DNA of 64,000 nt from Candidatus Heimdallarchaeota archaeon (GTDB lineage Archaea; Asgardarchaeota; Heimdallarchaeia; Heimdallarchaeales; Heimdallarchaeaceae): contig JAAFKI010000045.1 of the NCBI GenBank assembly GCA_021399345.1, forward strand, positions 191,965 to 255,964. The letters run 5' to 3'. The translations under genes and the position numbers were made by a program. A model generated the notes under the pieces. It ran no database searches. It saw only the letters and a program-made list of their open reading frames with translations, and was not told the origin of the DNA. Numbering within the stretch: the first letter of the stretch is position 1; the number at the start of each line of letters is the position of its first letter. Of the stretch, positions 9,155 to 17,663 are shown piece by piece.

Positions 9155-10705
9155 CTATTTGGTGGTTTCCTTATTATTGTCGGTTTCAATCCCCGGAAAT
9201 ATACCTAAGATTCTTCTAAATCCAGAAGGAACATTTATTTCCGATACAACCATTGCACCTTCTGTAGATATATCTATTAAGTTGAAACTATTTTCAGATG
9301 AGGCAGTGTGTTGAGATGAAAGGGTGTTGCAGTTAACAAAAGCTGTTTTTTCGACTCTTGTACAGAATGCTCTTCCCAAATGACCACTAAGTGCAAGATT
9401 TACTCCCGTATCAGAGAGCAATCGTAAAACATCCCCAGCATCTTCAAGAGCAGAAGTTTCTCTTGTTCCTGGAATTGGTATAAGATGATGATGCATAACA
9501 ACGGTGTGGAATTTATCTCGAGATTGTTGTCTAGTATGATAGACATATGCCTCAAGTCTATGTTGAGTTGTTCTGCCAACTACACCTATTTCTGTTTCAG
9601 GTGCTGATGTGTTCAGGACATAAAATAGCGAATTATTTTTCTCTATTGTGTTTTCGATATCAAAATACTTATGTAGTAATGTTTCACCAAAACCTCTCAA
9701 ATCATTAGGTCCAGGACAAAATATTAACTTGTCTGAATATGGTAAAAAAGCTTCAACAGCTGATTCGTAATCAGAAGTTCTCCCTTTTGAGGTCATATTT
9801 CCACAATGAAGAATTAAATCGGGATTGGTAATATTGATCAAATTTATTCCTTTCTGAAACAGTTCTTTTTGATTATTACCAGCTCCAAAATCTGTACCAG
9901 CAATTTGGGCTAGTCTGAGCCATATTCCACCTGTTGAATCTACCATTCTAAATCGTCTGGTTATGGTCTTTAATTCATTCCTGATTGTATCGCCATTTGT
10001 TTTCATTATCTTAACTTTAACTTCTTTTTCGGGAGTTATTTCCACATAGTTGAATGATCTTGAACCCCCACTACGAGTCTTGTAACTAGAAACACTTCCA
10101 GCCGAAATTATAATAGTATCTTCTACTTTGTAGACATTAGGATGATGTTTGTGACCTGTGAAAACTGCATCAACGTTATGATCTAATAGAACTGAAAGCA
10201 TATCGCCTGCATCAACAGCGTTTGACCTTTCCCTTCCTGTTTTGGGAATTGGTAATATATGGTGATGAAATCCTACAAGCTTTATCTTCGCATCTCCATA
10301 CTTCATAAGTATCTTTTTTGTATAGTCAAGAGCTTCTCTTCCGAATCTCCCCCCATCTCTATCAGGTATACAAGAATCCAAACCTATGAAAAGAATATCT
10401 TCAGAATATTCTCGAAATTCTCTAGGTCCAATCTTTTTCTCCCATACTTCAAATCCACCAGACCGAGAATCATGGTTACCAATAATCCAATAAATCTTAG
10501 GCGAAATGATTTCTCTCCGCAATGTATCAGCTAGTTCATATTCGTCAATTAACCCATCCTGTGTTAGATCACCTGAAAATACCGCAAAATCGTGTGGAGT
10601 CTTGTTTATTACAGAAACTGCTTCATCATAATTACTTCTAATGAATTGGGCACGTGGAGTGAAGTGTATATCACTGAAATGAACTATTTTTACAGATTTA
10701 TCCAT
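9155..10705 (-). CDS. Tandem calcineurin-like metallophosphoesterase (second domain degenerate)
   Basis: Domain 1: SDIH, SGD, GNHD, HHH, GHKH; domain 2: AGTD, GNMT, GPND, HHH, GHLG; start placed at MDKS. Confidence 0.85.
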   Translation of the reverse strand: MDKSVKIVHFSDIHFTPRAQFIRSNYDEAVSVINKTPHDFAVFSGDLTQDGLIDEYELADTLRREIISPKIYWIIGNHDSRSGGFEVWEKKIGPREFREYSEDILFIGLDSCIPDRDGGRFGREALDYTKKILMKYGDAKIKLVGFHHHILPIPKTGRERSNAVDAGDMLSVLLDHNVDAVFTGHKHHPNVYKVEDTIIISAGSVSSYKTRSGGSRSFNYVEITPEKEVKVKIMKTNGDTIRNELKTITRRFRMVDSTGGIWLRLAQIAGTDFGAGNNQKELFQKGINLINITNPDLILHCGNMTSKGRTSDYESAVEAFLPYSDKLIFCPGPNDLRGFGETLLHKYFDIENTIEKNNSLFYVLNTSAPETEIGVVGRTTQHRLEAYVYHTRQQSRDKFHTVVMHHHLIPIPGTRETSALEDAGDVLRLLSDTGVNLALSGHLGRAFCTRVEKTAFVNCNTLSSQHTASSENSFNLIDISTEGAMVVSEINVPSGFRRILGIFPGIETDNNKETTK

Positions 10706-10806
10706 CAAGAACAGTAATGATTGAAGGGTAATTATCTTTATCGCTTGTCTTAACTTTGATTGCACTTTACAAAATCTTTAATTTCTGAGTAGCGTAGATA
10801 ATCTAG

Positions 10807-11190
10807 ATGACACTTAGAACCTACGAAATTGACGACCCAGTTTCGAGTGTGATGACCAAAGGAGTTCTTTTTGTAAAATCTTCAAAGAATCTATCTGAAA
10901 CTGCTTCTATCATGGCAGATTTCGATGTGGGATCCTTGTTAGTAGGAGATAATGGAAATGCGGTTGGTATCGTAACAAGTAAAGATATCATCAAAGTAAT
11001 TTCTGAAGAAAAAGAATTGAAGAAAATAAAAGTTAGAGATATTATGCAAACGCCATTAATAAAAATCAATGCACATGAAACTATTTCTTCAGCACTTATA
11101 AAAATGAAAGAACAAAAAATTAACCATCTAATAGTTGTAGATGGAGATAAAATAATCGGAATGATAAATCCTCTAAACTTGTTGATTTAA
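10807..11190 (+). CDS. CBS domain pair protein
   Basis: VSSVMT, VGSLLV, GIVTSKDI, KVRDIM, HLIVVD motifs. Confidence 0.9.
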   Translation: MTLRTYEIDDPVSSVMTKGVLFVKSSKNLSETASIMADFDVGSLLVGDNGNAVGIVTSKDIIKVISEEKELKKIKVRDIMQTPLIKINAHETISSALIKMKEQKINHLIVVDGDKIIGMINPLNLLI

Positions 11191-11262
11191 TAGAAAAAGA
11201 CTAAATTACTAGGGGTAAGTTTTTCAGTAGGTTTTTGTTTGTTCTATTATACAATTTAGAAA

Positions 11263-12366
11263 GTGAGTTTTTTGAGTGAAAAAGAAGAATCTTTCTCTCC
11301 TGATTCAGTAAGAAAGAAACAGAAATTAAAAACGATTCTTACAATGATTGGAGAAAGTCTTGACTCATATTTTAAATCACAAATTTTAGAAACAAAAGGT
11401 GAGTTACCTTCTTTGATATCTATAAAAGAAGTAAACACAATAGAAAAAAATACCTCAAAATCCAAAGTTCATTTTGTCACATACTACTTGAATACCGATG
11501 TTGGTGAACAATCAATCAATCTAGTTGTTAAGTTTTCAGCTGACGAAATAAGATATAATAAAGAGATAAAAAATTACGAAACAATCTCAAAAGCTGCTGA
11601 AAGATTTCCAGGCATTTATATTCCTAAGATAGTCTATAAGAGTCACCCAAATAGGAGTATTATCTACGAAGGTATAACAGGGAAGAGTTTTAGGGAAACA
11701 AGTATTGATAAGAATTTTAAATATCAATTAGCTGGTCAAACCTTAGCTGCAATCCACGGAACAGAGACTGATAAATTTGTTACTGAACCCTATAAGAAAT
11801 TGATACTATATCTTTTATCTACTCTAAAAGATTCAGATTTAGAAGAAGAGATATTAGAAGCAATGCTCCCCTCATTTCACTCATTAGAGAAATCACTAGG
11901 TTCAACATTGATTCATGGAGATTTTCATCAAGGGAATCTGCTCTTTTCTTCAGAAGCTACTTCACCAGTAAGTGAAATGATAGAAGAGTTTCCACCAAGG
12001 ATAAAAGTATACATTATTGATCCAGAATTTGTTATGTCAGGTAGAGATAGAGCAGAAGATATTGGAACTTTTTTTGCTAAACCATTAATTAAGGAATTTC
12101 AAAAATATGGTACATTTGATGAAACAAAAAAGGACATTAGTGCATTCATTAAGGGATATGATTTTGCACTTTCAAAGATGGAATCCAAATATGCTCTTCA
12201 AGATCTTTACTCTGGGGGCTTAACAATCGACTTTCACGTATCTTCCTATATTCTATATAATATCAGTGAAAGGATTGAAAACAATAAAAGTAAACTTGAA
12301 GATGAAGATATGCAGAATAAAATCAATCTTCTTCGAAAAATATTGACTGATAAACTAGTCGAATAG
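11263..12366 (+). CDS. Aminoglycoside-phosphotransferase/choline-kinase-like phosphotransferase
   Basis: LVVK, Brenner motif HGDFHQGN, IIDPE. Confidence 0.75.
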   Translation: MSFLSEKEESFSPDSVRKKQKLKTILTMIGESLDSYFKSQILETKGELPSLISIKEVNTIEKNTSKSKVHFVTYYLNTDVGEQSINLVVKFSADEIRYNKEIKNYETISKAAERFPGIYIPKIVYKSHPNRSIIYEGITGKSFRETSIDKNFKYQLAGQTLAAIHGTETDKFVTEPYKKLILYLLSTLKDSDLEEEILEAMLPSFHSLEKSLGSTLIHGDFHQGNLLFSSEATSPVSEMIEEFPPRIKVYIIDPEFVMSGRDRAEDIGTFFAKPLIKEFQKYGTFDETKKDISAFIKGYDFALSKMESKYALQDLYSGGLTIDFHVSSYILYNISERIENNKSKLEDEDMQNKINLLRKILTDKLVE

Positions 12367-12386
12367 ATCGATGGGATTCATTTATT

Positions 12387-12845
12387 CTATTTTATGAATG
12401 TTTTAGACAAAGCCCATTTTGTTCTAATGAAATTTAAAAGCTCGAAATATAATTTACTTTCAGAGGTTGATATTAGCTCCAAACCATTAGTTGATGGATT
12501 ATACGAAACAACCACAAAGTATGTTTCTCCTTGATAATTAACTTCTACTAGAGCTGTTATTCCATCTAGAGCAGAAAGATCTCCGAGGATTAAACTGATG
12601 CTATGAAGAGTGTTGATTATTTCCAGCATGTCTCTTCCAGAAATCTGTTCAAGAATTATCATATCAGATTTAAATTTACCAATTCCTGTTGAGTCTGCAA
12701 ACATTGCATCTAACTCTGTTTTTTTATCTTCAGGTATGAATTCAAACTCTATTTGTATTGTTTGTACATTCCCAAGATAGTTGATTCTTTGCAACTGATT
12801 TGCTAGATGGTATATTTCAGGAGAGCTTTCAACTTTGTGACTCAC
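12387..12845 (-). CDS. Hypothetical protein
   Basis: 152-aa ORF preceded by a GAGGT Shine-Dalgarno-like site. Confidence 0.6.
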   Translation of the reverse strand: MSHKVESSPEIYHLANQLQRINYLGNVQTIQIEFEFIPEDKKTELDAMFADSTGIGKFKSDMIILEQISGRDMLEIINTLHSISLILGDLSALDGITALVEVNYQGETYFVVVSYNPSTNGLELISTSESKLYFELLNFIRTKWALSKTFIK

Positions 12846-13064
12846 AATAACCTCACTAAGAAATACATATGCCTATTTGACCATTATAAGCTTTATTATG
12901 ATTTGTTCGAAAATTAGAACTAATTAAGTGTATTACCATAGAAAAGCTATGTGTTTAAATAGCAATTTAATCATATTTCCTCCAGAAGAAAAATTACTCG
13001 GCACATATTAGTTCGGTATTATGAGAAAAATATCTAAGAATATAAGTAAAACACAGAATACTCT

Positions 13065-13130
13065 ATCGCGGATAAATTCCCTAGAAACTTTCTAGCAATC
13101 GCGGATAAAATACTGAGATTGCTTTTATAA
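13065..13130 (+). promoter_or_regulatory. Putative operator/promoter: two ATCGCGGATAAA direct repeats flanking the palindrome CTAGAAA-C-TTTCTAG, then a TATA-like TTTATAA
   Basis: Repeats at 13065-13076 and 13098-13109; palindrome at 13081-13095; lies upstream of a wHTH regulator. Confidence 0.55.
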
Positions 13131-13175
13131 GAGTAACATATCCGTATTACTTACATAGCAAGGGGATAAACAAAA

Positions 13176-13391
13176 ATGGCAGATGAAGAAATACCAGTTT
13201 CGGGAAAAAAGCTTCTTTCTATTTTGGAAAAAAAGGGACCATTAACTCAAAAGCAACTAATTAAAGCTTCTGCGATCCCTGCAAGAACTGCAAGATACGC
13301 TCTAAGAAGATTAATAGAGTTAGGGTTAATAATTAAAAGAAGTAATTTAAACGATATGAGGTCAGTATTCTACTTTATTGTGGATAACTAA
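13176..13391 (+). CDS. Small winged-helix (MarR/Lrs14-like) DNA-binding protein
   Basis: GPLTQKQL...RTARYALRRLIELGLI...DMRSVFY. Confidence 0.8.
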   Translation: MADEEIPVSGKKLLSILEKKGPLTQKQLIKASAIPARTARYALRRLIELGLIIKRSNLNDMRSVFYFIVDN

Positions 13392-13518
13392 GCCCTTTTT
13401 TCCTTTTTCCATCTTTTATTTTTCGCTTTTTCAAAGTTAAAATATATACGATTTTCACGATTATTTTTTAGGTTTCCTTATCAACAAAGTTTTTTTATTT
13501 TAAACTATTACTAATCAT

Positions 13519-14544
13519 ATGGATAACGTAATTTGTGACTTGGCAATTATTGGTTCAGGTTTAACTGGCTTATCTGCGGCAATTGCTGCTTATTGTAAAA
13601 ATCCAGATATAACGATTAAACTATTTGGTATTCCATTTGATTCAAGTACTGCTAAAAAGGGAGAAATCGAAAATATACCTGGTACAAGTAAAGTAGTTGG
13701 TGTAGATTTCATCCAGCAACTTATTGAACAAGTGCAGAGTCTTAACACAGAATTTGTCCATGACAAGATTACTTCTGAACACGTGGAAGGAATCCCTCAT
13801 GAAGATATCTCTTCTGAAATAAAACAAGATTTTCCAATATTAGATATTACAAATGAGATAGTTAAATCGATATCTAAAAGTGAAAAAGGATTCAAAATTA
13901 TTACTGAGCAACAATCTATTGAAACTAAAACAGTTATTGTCTCAACTGGTCTTCCTGAGCTTGAACACACAATTAAGGGAGAGGATGAATTTGTTAACAA
14001 GGGTGTATCTCACTGTGCAGTATGTGATGGTGCTCTCTTTCGTGGGAGGAAAGTTGTTATAATAGGCATAGGGAACTTTGTTGCAAGGGGAGCTCTATTT
14101 CTGCGCAAATATTGTAAAAAAATAACACTTCTATGCCCAAATGATAATTTAGGTTGTGATAAAAGATTCTTAAAGAAATTGAATGCATCACCGAATATTA
14201 AAATAAAAAATAGTATTGATCTTGACAGTATAGAAATTTATGGAAATCAAACTGTTGAAGGGTTAAAATATCAAGAAGAAAGTGAGATAAAAGAACTGTC
14301 AATAAATGGTGTTTTTATAGAGTTAAAGGATAAACCTGATTTGTCAATATTGGGGGATCTGAATATTGAAGAAACAGAAGAAGGATTCATTAAAACTCAA
14401 GCGAATAATTCAACAAATTTAAAAGGATTATTTGCCGCAGGAACAATTCGAGGAGAGATGGATTATATTCCAATTCTAATGGGAGATGGATATAAAACTG
14501 GAATTTATGCTATCAATTATCTTGAATCTAACAAGAAAGATTAG
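13519..14544 (+). CDS. Thioredoxin-reductase-like flavoprotein (atypical NADPH site)
   Basis: GSGLTG FAD motif; GEDEFVNKGVSHCAVCDG CxxC; TNLKGLFAAG. Confidence 0.85.
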   Translation: MDNVICDLAIIGSGLTGLSAAIAAYCKNPDITIKLFGIPFDSSTAKKGEIENIPGTSKVVGVDFIQQLIEQVQSLNTEFVHDKITSEHVEGIPHEDISSEIKQDFPILDITNEIVKSISKSEKGFKIITEQQSIETKTVIVSTGLPELEHTIKGEDEFVNKGVSHCAVCDGALFRGRKVVIIGIGNFVARGALFLRKYCKKITLLCPNDNLGCDKRFLKKLNASPNIKIKNSIDLDSIEIYGNQTVEGLKYQEESEIKELSINGVFIELKDKPDLSILGDLNIEETEEGFIKTQANNSTNLKGLFAAGTIRGEMDYIPILMGDGYKTGIYAINYLESNKKD

Positions 14545-14588
14545 CATTCTGGGAATTCTTTTTATATTCTGTTTCACACATCATAGTT

Positions 14589-15239
14589 GTGAAATTAGCA
14601 TTTGTTTTCGCTCACCCTGATGATGAAGCTTTGAGTTCAGGTGGAACCATTGCTAAATATACTACTTTGGGACATGAAGTTAGTACTTTGTGTTTATCAT
14701 CAGATTCCGTGCGAAAAGAGGAGTACTTTAACGCAACCAAGATACTAGGAGTTCAAAAGCCTATAATTTTTGATTATCCAAATGTAGAAAGTAAAAAACA
14801 AGAGATAACAAAAGATTTCATTGATTATTTACTCAATTTTAGGCCAGAAATCGTTGTCACTCATCTAGAAAATGATTATCACATCGACCATAGAGCAACT
14901 TACAGCATTGTTTTGGAAGGAATCGAATGGGCAGCTCATGAAACACAGCATAAGAACCCTCATCTTGTAAATAAATTATATGTTGTTGAAACTACAATCT
15001 TGATTCCAAATCCACATATTTTAGTTGATATTAGTGATTATTATGATCAAAAAGAAGAAGCAATAAAATGCTATAAATCACAGCTTTCCAAAGGAGGGGA
15101 TAATTTCTACATTAATTTTCATAAAAATAGAACACAGATGAGGGGAGCTCAAGCTTCAACAAAACATGCAGAGGCATTTCTTAAAGTTTCATTAAAGCAA
15201 AACAGCCCTTTTTATGAAAAGAAGCATTCAGAGCTTTAA
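14589..15239 (+). CDS. PIG-L family deacetylase, probable BshB
   Basis: AHPDDE, HIDH, KEEAIKCYKSQ, AEAF motifs; bshA and bshC are in the same window. Confidence 0.8.
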   Translation: MKLAFVFAHPDDEALSSGGTIAKYTTLGHEVSTLCLSSDSVRKEEYFNATKILGVQKPIIFDYPNVESKKQEITKDFIDYLLNFRPEIVVTHLENDYHIDHRATYSIVLEGIEWAAHETQHKNPHLVNKLYVVETTILIPNPHILVDISDYYDQKEEAIKCYKSQLSKGGDNFYINFHKNRTQMRGAQASTKHAEAFLKVSLKQNSPFYEKKHSEL

Positions 15240-15273
15240 ACTGGTTGATTCAGGGAGAGAAATAAAAAAGATT

Positions 15274-15349
15274 TGGCGAGCCAGAACGGATTCGAACCGT
15301 CGACCAACTGCTCCGCAGGCAGCCATTCTATCCACTGAACTACTGGCTC
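15274..15349 (-). tRNA. tRNA-Arg(GCG), CCA encoded
   Basis: Acceptor GAGCCAG/CTGGCTC; anticodon arm GCTGC-CTGCGGA-GCAGT; TTCGAAT T-loop. Confidence 0.95.
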
Positions 15350-15421
15350 ATTTTATAGCTAAATCTAAACTGTTGTTTTCTAATACCCTCTCCTCTTTAT
15401 ATTTTTCGATTAAATATTAGT

Positions 15422-15787
15422 TCAAGTAAGATAGTTAATGTTCTTATATCTTTCAATAATCTTTTTGTTAATATCAGCTTGTTCTTTTTTGTGATAAAAA
15501 TCCCAAACATTTATTTCCTTTATCTGACCAGCTTCTAAAATAGTCATTTTTGCAGGTCTAAGATTTTTTTCTGAATCAATTACTATTTTGGCTTCATCTT
15601 CAAGCTCTTCCAACCTTATGTTGATTTTAAGATAGTGCTCAAAAAGATGATAATCATTCCATAGCAATTTAATCAATTCTTCTACTGAAATCTGACCCTT
15701 TTTTGTAGTAATAGTATGTAAATGCTGCTCGATAGTTTTCTTTGCAATATCCTTAGATTCCTTGGTATATCCCCAAAAGCTAGACAT
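15422..15787 (-). CDS. Hypothetical protein (possible winged helix)
   Basis: 121-aa ATG ORF. Confidence 0.55.
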   Translation of the reverse strand: MSSFWGYTKESKDIAKKTIEQHLHTITTKKGQISVEELIKLLWNDYHLFEHYLKINIRLEELEDEAKIVIDSEKNLRPAKMTILEAGQIKEINVWDFYHKKEQADINKKIIERYKNINYLT

Positions 15788-15970
15788 ATCACTTTCATCA
15801 ATCTCAGTCTATCAAACCTATTTAAGCTCCACAAAAAATTATTCTTTGAAAACTATGGTTTGAAACCTTTAAATCAATAAATGGCACTTATTGCATGTGA
15901 AGTTTTATTAATGACGTGTTTGGTTTAAGTGTATACTGCTTGAAATTTAATAATTTCTGAGGTGAATTAA

Positions 15971-17173
15971 ATTACTGACATTACAGATAATCATAGAATT
16001 AAGGAGTTACTGAAGAGAATAAAGAACATGAGAAGAATTGGATTAGATACATATATGCTACCAATCCAAGGTGCTGCTTCAAGCAAAGTGCTTATCGATG
16101 GTCAAGAATATTTAATGCTTGGTTCTTATAGTTACTTAGGACTCATAACCCATCCAGATATAATTCAAGCAGGTCATGAAGCTTTAGATAAATATGGTAC
16201 TGGAGCGGGAGGGGTTAGATTATTAACAGGAACTACAGATTTACATCGTTCACTGGAGAAAAAAATTGCTAGTTTTAAGAGGACTGAAGATGCTTTAGTT
16301 CTGAGCAGCGGTTACGTAACAAATATGACAGTAATATCAACCTTGTTTGGGAAGGATGATTTGGTTGTAATTGACAAATATGATCATCAAAGTATTTATG
16401 ATGGTTGTATTCTTTCAAAATCAGATTGGAAAAGGTTCAATCATAATGATATGGATGATTTATCGAGGGTTCTTGAAGAGAATAGAGAAAACTATAAACG
16501 TGTGATAGTTATTGTTGATGGAGTTTATAGTATGGATGGAGACATAGCTCGAATGCCTGAGATTATCGAAATAGCAAAACAATATGATTCTTCAACAATG
16601 GTAGATGAAGCTCATTCAATTGGAACAGTGGGCCCAAATGGAAGAGGAGTTGATGACTATTTTGATCTTGAACCTGGTGCTGTCGATATCTACATGGGAA
16701 CTTTAAGCAAAGCAATTCCATCAATTGGAGGGTATATTGCTGCGAAAAAGGATGTGATTACTTATTTGAAATTCACTTCCAATGCGTTTATTTTTAGTGC
16801 AGCTCTTCCACCAGTTTCAACAGCAGTCGCTCTCAAAGCACTTGAGATTATTGAAACAGACAAAGATCGTATAAAATCCCTACAGAAAAACTATACTAAG
16901 TTCATTAATGGTGTTAAGGGAATAGGTTATGACACATTAAAGAGCAAGGACACACCAATTGTTCCTGTTGTAATTGGAGATGATGTTAAAACATTTCGCT
17001 TTGCTAAGCAAATGAAAAAGGAAGGAATTTTAGTTCCACCAATTGTATTTCCTGCAGTTCCTAGAGACAAAGGAAGATTAAGATGTTGTGTTATGGCAAC
17101 CCATACTGAAGAGGAAATCGATTATATTATAGAAACCATGGAAAAAATAGGTAAAAGCCTAAAAGTTATCTAA
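15971..17173 (+). CDS. PLP-dependent alpha-oxoamine synthase (BioF/KBL/serine palmitoyltransferase family)
   Basis: SYSYLGL, DHQSI, DGVYSMDG, DEAHS, GTLSK. The frame is open back to ATT at 15971, after a GAGGTGA SD; the first ATG is at 16028. Confidence 0.85.
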   Translation: MTDITDNHRIKELLKRIKNMRRIGLDTYMLPIQGAASSKVLIDGQEYLMLGSYSYLGLITHPDIIQAGHEALDKYGTGAGGVRLLTGTTDLHRSLEKKIASFKRTEDALVLSSGYVTNMTVISTLFGKDDLVVIDKYDHQSIYDGCILSKSDWKRFNHNDMDDLSRVLEENRENYKRVIVIVDGVYSMDGDIARMPEIIEIAKQYDSSTMVDEAHSIGTVGPNGRGVDDYFDLEPGAVDIYMGTLSKAIPSIGGYIAAKKDVITYLKFTSNAFIFSAALPPVSTAVALKALEIIETDKDRIKSLQKNYTKFINGVKGIGYDTLKSKDTPIVPVVIGDDVKTFRFAKQMKKEGILVPPIVFPAVPRDKGRLRCCVMATHTEEEIDYIIETMEKIGKSLKVI

Positions 17174-17237
17174 ATTCTCATTTAGTAATTAGGAACTTTA
17201 ACAGTTACATTTATCTACATTGAGCATATTTTCTAGA

Positions 17238-17565
17238 TGGACGAAGCGAAAGGGCAACTTTCGGCATATTGCTGAGGAACCTCCTGACTCCGAAAAACGA
17301 TGTGGATGCAAATCCACCATATGAGAATATGGCTCTTGGAACAGAAACGAACGCCCCATTTTCGTAAACAATGATGCGATAAATAGAGTGGTAACATTTC
17401 TAGAAGTAAATTGCTGAGAAGAAATTGGGATACGATGAAACGGCCAAACATTGTGGAGCAAGCTTAAGTAGAGTTCATATGAACTGGGTAAAGCGCTTAG
17501 ATGAATGTTGCCAGGAAGATCCTAAAGGCTTCCGAACAGAATCAGGGGTATTTCTGCATCGTCCA
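17238..17565 (+). ncRNA. rnpB: RNase P RNA
   Basis: P1 TGGACGA/TCGTCCA; P4 GAGGAACCTCCTGA pairs with AACAGAATCAGGGGTAT; ACAGAAAC and TGAAACGGC conserved regions; GAGCAAG; GC-richer island followed by a T-tract. Confidence 0.9.
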
Positions 17566-17663
17566 ACAAATTTCTTTTTTTTTAGATGCTGAAAATTGCT
17601 TACAGTAAGTTTATTAAACCTCTTCTAAGATGTTACTTCGAATAAAAAAATAGACGTGTATAA

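Noticed and set aside
15214-15420. 68-aa + strand ORF
   Set aside because: It spans the antisense strand of tRNA-Arg(GCG)
17198-17461. Short - strand ORFs (87 and 72 aa)
   Set aside because: They are antisense to the RNase P RNA gene
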